From contig CAXXHB010000003.1 of NCBI GenBank assembly GCA_963664815.2, positions 4,201,688-4,265,687 on the forward strand: DNA of 64,000 nt. The letters are read 5' to 3'. Below are positions 30,793 to 39,582 of the stretch, one piece after another. The position numbers and the translations under genes were made by a program. Under the pieces are notes generated by a model. That model was not told the origin of the DNA. It was given only the letters and a program-made list of their open reading frames with translations, and ran no database searches. The stretch is from Spirochaetota bacterium. GTDB lineage: Bacteria; Spirochaetota; UBA4802; UBA5550. Positions within the stretch are counted from its first letter, which is position 1; each line of letters opens with the position of its first letter.

Positions 30793-32022
30793 TTATTCAA
30801 TTTCGTGAACAATGAAACCATCTCTCAGCTTTGGTTCAAACCATGTGGATTTTGGAGGCATAATCATCCCCGCATCCGAAACATTCATTAGCTGTTCTAT
30901 CTCCGTAGGATACATTGAAAATGCCACAACAAAATTTCCCGAATCGACGACCTTTTCAAGCTCAGACGTTCCCCTTATCCCCCCTACAAAATCAATCCTT
31001 TTATCTTTTCGCGGATCATTTATTCCAAGAAAAGGGGAGAGGACTTTTTTCTGAATAATTGTCACATCCAGAGATTCAATAGGGTCCGAAGGAATATTGA
31101 ACTTCGGCTTCAACGTATACCATTCTTTACTAATATACATTGAAAAGGTATTAACATTCACAGGTACCTTGAGATTGCTCTTTTCTACAGTAAATTCCCT
31201 GTCAAGTTTTTTCATAAACTCTTCTGACGTCATCCCATTTAAATCTTTGACCACTCTGTTATATGCCAGAATCTTCAACTGTGTATGAGGGAAAATTACG
31301 GCCAGGAACCCATTAAATTCCTCTTTTCCTGTATATTCCGGATTTTTTTCACGCCGCATTTTTGCGACTCTCACAGCAGAAGCTGCTCTGTGGTGACCAT
31401 CCGCAATATAAAGTTCATCCTTTAAAAAAGATTCTTCGAGTTTGAAAATGAGTGATTTGTCATCTATCAGCCTTACAATGTGCCTTATGCCATCATCTGC
31501 AGTAATGTCATAAACTGGTTCCACTTTCATCGCCATTTCAACAAGTTTTCTTTTTTCATCGCTGTCTCTGTAAATTAAAAAAACAGGGCCCGTGTTTGCC
31601 TTTGTAGCATCTATATGCCTGGTTCTATCAAGTTCCTTCTCCTCTCTGGTCAACTCATGTTTTTTTATAATTTCATTGAGATAATCATCAACATCGGCGC
31701 ATGCCACAATCCCGGTCTGCATCCTCCCTGCCATAACCTGTGAATAAAGGTAGAATATCGGACTCTTATCCTCAACCATATAACCTTTGGCTTTAAATAA
31801 ATCATAAGTCTCTTTCGCTTTTCTGTAAACTTCCGGCGAATACGGATCGGTACCGGGAGCAAGATCCATCTCCGATCTGGTGACATGATAAAAATTGTAT
31901 GGATTTTTACCAGCAATCTCAATAACCTCGGGAAGAGAGACAACGTCATAGGGAAGCTCCGCTATTTTGTCAGCAAGATCTTTAACCGGCCTGGTTCCTC
32001 TGAAAGCTCTGATTTTTGCCAT
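30793..32022 (-). CDS. DUF1015 family protein
   Basis: 'LPYDVV', 'IKKHELTR', 'YIADGHHRAASA', 'IMPPKSTWFEPKLRDG'. Confidence 0.92.
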   Translation of the reverse strand: MAKIRAFRGTRPVKDLADKIAELPYDVVSLPEVIEIAGKNPYNFYHVTRSEMDLAPGTDPYSPEVYRKAKETYDLFKAKGYMVEDKSPIFYLYSQVMAGRMQTGIVACADVDDYLNEIIKKHELTREEKELDRTRHIDATKANTGPVFLIYRDSDEKRKLVEMAMKVEPVYDITADDGIRHIVRLIDDKSLIFKLEESFLKDELYIADGHHRAASAVRVAKMRREKNPEYTGKEEFNGFLAVIFPHTQLKILAYNRVVKDLNGMTSEEFMKKLDREFTVEKSNLKVPVNVNTFSMYISKEWYTLKPKFNIPSDPIESLDVTIIQKKVLSPFLGINDPRKDKRIDFVGGIRGTSELEKVVDSGNFVVAFSMYPTEIEQLMNVSDAGMIMPPKSTWFEPKLRDGFIVHEIE

Positions 32023-32317
32023 TGTTTACTTAACCTCATCTATCATATGCAGAACAATATACCATAATATCTTGCAGCTGTAATTATATTTCCACCAGTT
32101 ATGGCACGAAGGAAATAATTATTCTTAAACGGTTTTGAGCCGTTACTTTAGACCATAACTAATAAATAAAAATTATTTTCAAGAAGAAAACATTATTTAT
32201 TATTTCATGGTTTTTCTAAATCTCCTTTGGCAAAATGTTAAACAAAATACTGTCAATAAAAACTTGACATACATAATAATTCCATTTTCCTGTAAAAAAA
32301 TATTAAGGAATATCCAT

Positions 32318-33400
32318 ATGACTAGAGTATATAATTTTTCCGCCGGACCAGCCGTTCTCCCTGAGAGTGTTTTAAAAAAAGCCGCTGGAGAAATGCTTGA
32401 ATACCGCAATTCAGGGATGTCAGTTATGGAGATGAGCCATAGATCATCTGTCTATGTGGATATAATTAATGAAGCCGAAGATCTTCTTACTAAACTGATG
32501 AATATACCTGAAGATTACCAGGTGCTTTTTCTCCAGGGTGGCGCATCCCTCCAGTTTACCATGATACCGATGAATATAATGACATCAAATAAAACCTTCG
32601 ACATTATACATACCGGAGCATGGACAGAGAAAGCAATCAGGGAGGGGAGTAAGCTCGGAACGGTAAATATACTCGCATCTTCAGAAGACAGGACTTTTGC
32701 ATATATACCATCTCTTGAAGGTCTTAAATATAATAGTGATGCAGATTATCTTCATATATGCTATAACAACACAATATACGGAACAAAATACAAAGCTCTT
32801 CCTGAACCGGGGCAAACTCCAATCGTTGCTGACATGTCGTCATGTATCCTTTCCGAAGAGTATGATGTAAGAAGGTATGGTGTCATCTTCGCCGGAGCAC
32901 AAAAAAATATCGGACCTGCCGGAGTAACCATTGTAATCATTAAAAAAGATTTAATGAAAAGAGCTGATGAAAATCTCCCCTCAATGCTTAATTTTAATGT
33001 TCACTCTGAAAATAGATCACTATTCAACACTCCCCCTACATACGCAATATATATGTCAAAACTTGTTTTTGAGTGGCTGAGAGATCTTGGAGGAGTAAAG
33101 GAAATAGAAAAAATAAACAAGTACAAAGCATCTCTTATCTATGACTTAATAGACAATTCAAAAATTTTTAAAGGAAATGTCGACAGTTCCTTCAGGTCTT
33201 TGATGAACGTAACATTTTCTACAGGCTCAAAAGATCTCGACTCTCTCTTTGTAAAAGAAGCGGAAAAGAGTTCACTGACAAATCTTGCAGGTCATAAAAC
33301 CGCCGGGGGTATGAGAGCAAGCATCTATAATGCAATGCCGATCGAAGGTGTAAAAAGCCTTGTTGATTTTATGAAAAAGTTTGAAGTTGAACATTCATAG
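32318..33400 (+). CDS. serC: Phosphoserine aminotransferase
   Basis: 'YNFSAGPAVLP', 'SVMEMSHRS', 'FLQGGASLQF', 'AGAQKNIGPAG', 'NTPPT', 'GGMRASIYNAM'. Confidence 0.97.
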   Translation: MTRVYNFSAGPAVLPESVLKKAAGEMLEYRNSGMSVMEMSHRSSVYVDIINEAEDLLTKLMNIPEDYQVLFLQGGASLQFTMIPMNIMTSNKTFDIIHTGAWTEKAIREGSKLGTVNILASSEDRTFAYIPSLEGLKYNSDADYLHICYNNTIYGTKYKALPEPGQTPIVADMSSCILSEEYDVRRYGVIFAGAQKNIGPAGVTIVIIKKDLMKRADENLPSMLNFNVHSENRSLFNTPPTYAIYMSKLVFEWLRDLGGVKEIEKINKYKASLIYDLIDNSKIFKGNVDSSFRSLMNVTFSTGSKDLDSLFVKEAEKSSLTNLAGHKTAGGMRASIYNAMPIEGVKSLVDFMKKFEVEHS

Positions 33401-33917
33401 AATTCTTTATAAATATTCTCTCTCTAAAATATAATCCGGTAAAAAAATCTGTAAACTCTTTATCAGTATGGAATAACCGGAAAGAATCTTCAAACACTTA
33501 TTAACGTAGTTCAATTGAATTACCTAATGCCATACATCAGGTCTCCTTTACACTCCAACACATATCTTCCCAAATTCAGAAAAAGAATGAATTTTTCCCT
33601 TTATTTATACCTTTAAGTATTCTGCAAAAAAGCTGGGTTTTTTCTGACAGATGAAAGTACTTGCTACTCCAATCATTTTGAAGCGAATACCGTCATTATT
33701 AAAAATAAACTTTGAGTTTACATATGATAACATTAACCCCTATGAAAAGCCTGCCACCTAACATATATCCTCTTTCATCAATAATGATATCCTTAAATGC
33801 TCCCGATTTTAGTATTTGTTTTTTTTACAGATATGCCATTGCCCCACATGACAAAAGAATTATAATAAAATAAGAATTTAATTAGTCTTAAAATGCCCTA
33901 AAATTATTTTCTTTTAT

Positions 33918-33944
33918 TAAAAAGTTAAATCCATATGCCGACAA
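33918..33944 (+). promoter_or_regulatory. Putative sigma28 (FliA) promoter
   Basis: TAAA-aagttaaatccatat (15 nt)-GCCGACAA. One mismatch to TAAA-N15-GCCGATAA, 62 bp before ATG 34007. Confidence 0.6.
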
Positions 33945-34006
33945 TCTTATCATAGAGCCGGATAGTACCGGGTCATCTCAAATCTCTTATCTTTTACGGG
34001 TTTACT

Positions 34007-34588
34007 ATGCAAAATATTGATTTTTATGACGGAAGGCATCTTCGCGATCTTCCCCCTCAATTTGATAAATTTGACGCTGAATATTTTTCAAGAACTGCCG
34101 GAAGTGTAGAACGTGATAACGAAAAACACCGTAAAAAAGCCACTAGAATAATTACTATGATCGGTGCATTAATAATAATTTCATTCACTATAGGTCTTGT
34201 AATAGGGATAAAATTTGCCGGTGGTGCCGAGAGAAAGATTGTAGATGATCATACACTCAATGCAATGAACAACATTGGCGATAAAATGACTGAAATTGTG
34301 AAAGATGTAACAGGAAACGCAAAACCGGCAAATCAGTTATACCCAAAAGCAGACTATCCATTTGTTATACAACTTGGAAAGGAATACAGCGAAGCTGATC
34401 TCAAGCCGGTTGCACAGTTTCTCAGCAATAAAGGGCATACTGTTATAGTATCAAAAAATAACCAGAATTTTAAAATCTTCACCGGTCCTTACAAATCAGA
34501 GGCCGATGCAAGAAAATCTCTCTCTGAAATTTCACTTTACAAGCAATATGCTATTTCGACTAATGCACAGATAATCAAACGCATTTAA
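34007..34588 (+). CDS. Single-TM protein with a C-terminal SPOR domain
   Basis: One TM helix (aa ~48-69), then 'FVIQLG...FKIFTGPYKSEADARK'. Confidence 0.72.
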   Translation: MQNIDFYDGRHLRDLPPQFDKFDAEYFSRTAGSVERDNEKHRKKATRIITMIGALIIISFTIGLVIGIKFAGGAERKIVDDHTLNAMNNIGDKMTEIVKDVTGNAKPANQLYPKADYPFVIQLGKEYSEADLKPVAQFLSNKGHTVIVSKNNQNFKIFTGPYKSEADARKSLSEISLYKQYAISTNAQIIKRI

Positions 34589-34601
34589 CCGGATAGAAAA
34601 C

Positions 34602-35060
34602 ATGGCTTACCTTATCAGAACCGCCCTCCCGGGTGATATTGAATCGATTTACAGGCTTATTAGATTTTACTCTGATGAAGGAGTTATCCTTGAAAGAAGT
34701 ACGGATGATATCAGAAAAAACATTAGCAATTTCATCGTCGCCGTTGATAATGATAAAATTATCGGTACAATAACACACTTTGCCTATGGTTCTAATCTAA
34801 AAGAGGTAAGATCTCTCGCGGTAGATAAAACCTTTCATGGAAAAGGGATCGGTAAGGCGCTGCTAGCAGAGCTTGTAAAACAGGTAAGACATGAAAACAA
34901 AAGCAGAATCTTCACTCTCACTTACAGACCGGATTTTTTTGAAAAAAGCGGCTTCACCCGCGTTCCGAAAGATGACTTTCCGGAAAAGATATGGAAAGAC
35001 TGTGTCAACTGCAAAGACGAGGAGAACTGCGGTGAAACTGCACTGGTTTACAAAAACTGA
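34602..35060 (+). CDS. GNAT N-acetyltransferase, short ArgA-like amino-acid acetyltransferase family
   Basis: 'EVRSLAVD...GKGIGKALL', 'IFTLTYRPDFFEKSGF', 'PEKIWKDCVNC...CGETAL'. Confidence 0.82.
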   Translation: MAYLIRTALPGDIESIYRLIRFYSDEGVILERSTDDIRKNISNFIVAVDNDKIIGTITHFAYGSNLKEVRSLAVDKTFHGKGIGKALLAELVKQVRHENKSRIFTLTYRPDFFEKSGFTRVPKDDFPEKIWKDCVNCKDEENCGETALVYKN

Positions 35061-35067
35061 AAGTCAT

Positions 35068-36021
35068 CTATCTTACTAGAATCAACGCTTCCACAGGTTT
35101 TCTTATCTCTTGAAATACTCTGTCCTTTATGCTGTTGCTACATAGGGTACGTACTATATGGATAAATTTTCCGTTAATAAAAACCCCCTCAATACCTGAA
35201 AACGGAACACCGTCGTTGTAAGTATAAAGATATATAATTCTGTCTTCTTTTTGCAGAACTTCTTCCCTTTTAAAATTATCCTTACCAAATTCATTTCTCC
35301 AGGATTCCTCTGCTTCTTTTATATTTTTAATATTACCCTTTAAAATTCTTGTTTCAATTCCGACAATACAGTCATAACCTGAATCTTTTTCACCATCATT
35401 ATTTTCACTGTTAACAATCTCAAAGTTTTCTTTATTGTCTTCATCCTTTTGACTCTTTTCATTTTCAATTTGATTATCAAGATTAAATCCGAATTTAAAA
35501 CCATACCCTGCATCATTTAGTTTCCATAATGCCCTGATTACTTTCGGCTTTTGTTTCAGAATAATTTTATACCGTAATTTTTCATTTACGAGATTATAAC
35601 TCCCATCATTAAAATTCAGAAGGATAGTACTTTCTCTGTCGAATCTTTCATACCTTGGACCATGTTTTTTTTGTAAATAATTTATCCATTTTGATGCTTC
35701 TTTGGCATTATTCCTAACCCTAAGATTATTCATTGGAAGAGTTTTAAGTGATTTAAGATAAAAAAGTCCTTCAGCATATTTTCCCGACTTAATTATCTCA
35801 ATCCCTTTGTGAAGATAATAATCAGTTCCATTAATTGAGGCGGGAGTAAAATCAAAAAATTTTTCATCGGTTATTCTGATTTTCAAAGCCCTGTCATAAT
35901 AATATACGTTACCCTCCCTGTCCCTGAAAAACTTCCAGTCTGCCATCTGGGCAAAAAGATATATTGATGAAAATAAAAGAAGAATAAAAAGAGAAAAAAT
36001 TACAAAATATCTGCGTTTCAT
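35068..36021 (-). CDS. Hypothetical exported protein with a TPR-like helical segment
   Basis: Signal peptide ending 'YLFA', then 'YYLHKGIEIIKSGKYAEGLFYL'. Confidence 0.68.
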   Translation of the reverse strand: MKRRYFVIFSLFILLLFSSIYLFAQMADWKFFRDREGNVYYYDRALKIRITDEKFFDFTPASINGTDYYLHKGIEIIKSGKYAEGLFYLKSLKTLPMNNLRVRNNAKEASKWINYLQKKHGPRYERFDRESTILLNFNDGSYNLVNEKLRYKIILKQKPKVIRALWKLNDAGYGFKFGFNLDNQIENEKSQKDEDNKENFEIVNSENNDGEKDSGYDCIVGIETRILKGNIKNIKEAEESWRNEFGKDNFKREEVLQKEDRIIYLYTYNDGVPFSGIEGVFINGKFIHIVRTLCSNSIKDRVFQEIRKPVEALILVR

Positions 36022-36038
36022 TAATTATTCACATATTA

Positions 36039-37115
36039 TTACATCATTGAAAAAATTACTACAAGCGCAATTATCAGTGATATAAAAAGAACATATAATC
36101 CCCAATTAAAAAACTTATTGCTTGATGCATTTTCAGCTTCAAGTTCATTTTTTTGAGAAACTGCCGAGAGTTCTGTCTGTATCTTCATATTCTCTTCTTC
36201 AATTATTTTTGCATATATACCCTTTGCAACAAGAACATACAATATGAAACCCTTAGCGGTTTCATTAGGGATCTTTTCGACAATTCTACCTACTACAGGA
36301 AGGGGATTTCCTTCACTGTTTCTTGCTTTATAGGCATCTATAATCCGTTGTGATACAGAATCCTTGGCAGGAAGAACAACGTATATTCTTTCACCGGGAA
36401 CAGTCTCTGTTATCAGCTTCCCTCTAACCGGCGAAAGCACACAGCATCCCTCAACAATAAACTGAGCTTTTGATTCAATCTCAGCCAGCTTTTTTTCGAA
36501 TGCGCTGTCAGGCACAGGTTTTGTTTCTGAAACAGCAGATTCTGCTGACTCATCCTGCTGTTCACCTTCAGCCTCTGGAACCATCAAAGGAATATTCATT
36601 AAGACCAGTTCCAGCGAACTGGTCTTTTCTAGATCAAGTTGACACTTTACACTGGAAGAACTGAAACTCGCTTTTAACATATCCGGAATACATGATGACA
36701 GGTAATCAAGATTCTCTTTCTGAACATCGGGGAAAACATCGGTTTTGATAAATGATTCCAGCAGGTCTGAATTAAATTTTCCTGAATCAATAATATCACT
36801 CCCTTTTTCATATGCAAGCATGTTTTTATAATGAGATTTCCAATCATCAAAAATCCTTATCCTGGGGAAAATGCCGTTGTTGGACACTACCACGCTTTTT
36901 ATAGCCGCAATGTATTCATATATAATATTAAAATAGGCCAGAAAAAAACCTGAAATATCCTGATCGGCAATAATAAACTTCCCCTTGATTATCGTAACAT
37001 CAGTCATATTACCTGATGCCATCAGTTTAGCTTTTTCCATATCACCATTTGTAAATTTCAAAGCTATCTCAATTCGTTTAGCTTTTTCGCCTATATTAAC
37101 CTGTTCATTAGCCAT
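36039..37115 (-). CDS. Hypothetical protein with a UBA/EF-Ts-like N-terminal helix motif and a C-terminal TM anchor
   Basis: 'IALKFTNGDMEKAKLM' at the N-terminus, an acidic linker, and a terminal hydrophobic helix. Confidence 0.68.
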   Translation of the reverse strand: MANEQVNIGEKAKRIEIALKFTNGDMEKAKLMASGNMTDVTIIKGKFIIADQDISGFFLAYFNIIYEYIAAIKSVVVSNNGIFPRIRIFDDWKSHYKNMLAYEKGSDIIDSGKFNSDLLESFIKTDVFPDVQKENLDYLSSCIPDMLKASFSSSSVKCQLDLEKTSSLELVLMNIPLMVPEAEGEQQDESAESAVSETKPVPDSAFEKKLAEIESKAQFIVEGCCVLSPVRGKLITETVPGERIYVVLPAKDSVSQRIIDAYKARNSEGNPLPVVGRIVEKIPNETAKGFILYVLVAKGIYAKIIEEENMKIQTELSAVSQKNELEAENASSNKFFNWGLYVLFISLIIALVVIFSMM

Positions 37116-37587
37116 TTATTTTTTCCTGTTCTTCCGAAATACACTTTTCAAGAATTTCATATTTTTTTTGAGGAGAAAGATTTAACAGTTTTTTTACTCC
37201 ACTTAAGATTCTATTCAAATGACGGGTTGAAGCTTTAATTAAATAAAATCCCTTATCATCAAGACTGTTTTCGACTTCAAGTTTATCTGACGAAAGATTG
37301 ATTCCTGCTGAAACGCCAGCTGTTTTTATAAGATGCTCCGGCAAAATGTATTTTATAAACATTTTTCCTGTATCTATTTCAAGTCTCTTCATACTTCGGT
37401 ATTCAGTCTTAATTTCCGAGGGAAGGTTTGCCCAGAATTTCGGATTGCCGGTCAATATAACGACAACTGCTGATTCAGCTTCATTAATAAAAACCCTTAT
37501 GTAGGTGTTATAATGCTTATATGAAAGAAGAAGGCCGAAAAGGCTGTCGTCTCTCTGAATATGTTCATTACTGATTTTTCTGGCCAT
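37108..37587 (-). CDS. Hypothetical protein
   Basis: 159 aa, 6 bp after the upstream gene and overlapping the downstream start. Confidence 0.68.
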   Translation of the reverse strand: MARKISNEHIQRDDSLFGLLLSYKHYNTYIRVFINEAESAVVVILTGNPKFWANLPSEIKTEYRSMKRLEIDTGKMFIKYILPEHLIKTAGVSAGINLSSDKLEVENSLDDKGFYLIKASTRHLNRILSGVKKLLNLSPQKKYEILEKCISEEQEKING

Positions 37588-37593
37588 ATAAAC

Positions 37594-38136
37594 CTAAACC
37601 GGGGAAAACTTCCCGTTATTCTTTCTTATTACTCTTAAAGCGGAAAGTTCTTCAAGAAGATTTTTTAAAATACTGAAATCAATACCGGAAAATCTTGAAA
37701 TATCATCAATATTTGCATTAATATTTATTCTCAGATAATCCAGAATATCACTCTCCTGCTCAACCAGAGGGCCTATAAAAAACCTGTTGTTTCTGCCCAT
37801 TTCGTCTCTGACGACTGCTATTCTTTTCTCTTTATAAATAGAATATGAATTAAACACAGAGTCAATATTAATTTCTGACATGGTGGATATATTCCTCAGT
37901 TTCAGATAAAAATCTTTTCCCCTTGAATCAAGTATTAACTTAACTATGTATTCATCTACAAATGAGGAATCAATGACCTTAACACCATTAAAATCAAGTA
38001 TAACTGTTTCTCCTATCCCAATTTCCAACAGTTTGTCCAGAGTAGCAGTATACATGATTCTCCCCACCGGCCTTGTAATCAGATCCGGAAGTTTGACTTT
38101 CAGCTCTTTTGCAATTTTCGATACATCGATTATCAT
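37594..38136 (-). CDS. STAS-like (DUF4325-type) domain fused to a C-terminal winged HTH
   Basis: 'LITRPVGR...VILDFNGVKVIDSSFVDE', and C-terminal 'ILDYL...IDDISRFSGI...LLEELSALRVIRK'. Confidence 0.72.
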   Translation of the reverse strand: MIIDVSKIAKELKVKLPDLITRPVGRIMYTATLDKLLEIGIGETVILDFNGVKVIDSSFVDEYIVKLILDSRGKDFYLKLRNISTMSEINIDSVFNSYSIYKEKRIAVVRDEMGRNNRFFIGPLVEQESDILDYLRININANIDDISRFSGIDFSILKNLLEELSALRVIRKNNGKFSPV

Positions 38137-38258
38137 TCTATTTCTCTCTATCCTGGATAACAAATTCTCTTTAATTAAAAACCAGATTAAACTACATTCC
38201 CGACATAATAGAACATGGCAAAAAAACATTCGCAGCCAATTTTAGATTAAAACAATTT

Positions 38259-39149
38259 CTATGCTGACAACGAAATAGATACCTGAGTCCCGTTAAACTG
38301 AATCAGCCCGTTCCTGTGAAAAATATATTTTGAACCTTTATCTTTTCTGTCATAAAAAGCCGATAGAGACGACTCGCCAGACCTTATAAAAATTACACCT
38401 TTAAGCTTCTCAACGATTGAATTTACCTGGCAGAGACCGTAACCGAATTCTCGTTTACTTGATATAGGCATAGTTAATGCCATTTCAATAAGCTCAGCTC
38501 CTCCTGCATACTCGAGGTCGTTTCTGCCATTAAAACTTTCCAGTATACCAATACCGGAATCTGAGATCACAAGCCTTGCAACATTTTCACTTCCGGTACG
38601 ATACGTCTGCATGGCCATGTACCCCGAATCGAGGCTATGCTCAAAAATATTCTGACATAACTCCGATATCACTGTAACAAAATAATCTGTAACTGACTCA
38701 TTCATCCAATATTTAAGAATTACAGATGCCCTCTTCCTAAAAAGGGCAATCACGGAGGATATTACATTGACACTCTGTCTTTCCTTGTTTGGAATCATGG
38801 TAATCTCAAGGAGTCTGCTGCTTGAAGCGTTTCTTTTAAACATCATGTTATCTTTAAGAACCTCCGGCATTGTAAAAATACCGCATTCAAAAAAATCCAT
38901 CCTAGAAAGGTACTGCTGTATATGAATCGGTACATTAACCAGTTTCAGTTTATCACCGCTGCTTCTTAAATAATTCCGCCCCATAATAAGAAAAGATATC
39001 ATTGAATACGGTTCCATGAAAGCCACACGGGATAAATCAATTGTAGTCTTGCCTGAAAAAATATCACCCTGCATGGAGAGAATATTTTCATAAATATAGG
39101 GATCACGGAATTTATCCGGTAATATTATACTATTTCCTGAAATACTCAT
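38259..39149 (-). CDS. STAS plus HATPase_c (anti-sigma-kinase-like) protein
   Basis: 'IDLSRVAFMEPYSM...QQYLSRMDFF', N-box 'SELCQNIFEHS', G1 'DSGIGI', G2 'GYGL', 'GTQV'. No His phosphoacceptor box. Confidence 0.8.
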   Translation of the reverse strand: MSISGNSIILPDKFRDPYIYENILSMQGDIFSGKTTIDLSRVAFMEPYSMISFLIMGRNYLRSSGDKLKLVNVPIHIQQYLSRMDFFECGIFTMPEVLKDNMMFKRNASSSRLLEITMIPNKERQSVNVISSVIALFRKRASVILKYWMNESVTDYFVTVISELCQNIFEHSLDSGYMAMQTYRTGSENVARLVISDSGIGILESFNGRNDLEYAGGAELIEMALTMPISSKREFGYGLCQVNSIVEKLKGVIFIRSGESSLSAFYDRKDKGSKYIFHRNGLIQFNGTQVSISLSA

Positions 39150-39582
39150 AATTTATCCAATGACAATCTATCATTATATGCATCGGCTTACGAGAAATAA
39201 AATGTTATTAATATTTACCGGATAGAATTAAAAATGGCGGTGTCACATCTAGAAGTTGACAGAAAAAATTCAAAGCTTCGATTAAAATTGAACTGTTCAA
39301 CTCCTCACCGGCTATCACTGATTTCCTCTCTTGCTTTTTTTTATCATGGAATTAGTGTAATAAAATTTTCAGTTTAATTTAAAACACTTTTGGAAGTTAA
39401 AAATCCATCTCCTTTTTAAAAAAGAGCGGAATTGATTGGACTAGTTTATAATAAAGCAGGCTGTTTATTAAATTCATTAACATTAATGTAACTTATGATT
39501 ATGATTTAAAAAAAATGTTGATAGAGATGGCATTGAAGTAATATTTGACTATATTGAATGGAGTATAATACGAGGTGAATTT

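Noticed and set aside
33401-33900. Possible gene remnant in the ~600 bp gap after serC
   Set aside because: Only short broken minus-strand frames with no recognisable motif, so it cannot be supported.
39173-39207. Sigma28-like site upstream of the STAS-HATPase gene (TAAC-N16-GCCGATGC)
   Set aside because: Wrong spacing and three mismatches. A perfect TATAAT lies immediately downstream, so sigma70 is at least as plausible.
39200-39380. Short (~47 codon) frames on both strands between the HATPase and aminopeptidase genes
   Set aside because: No convincing RBS/start pair and no recognisable motif.
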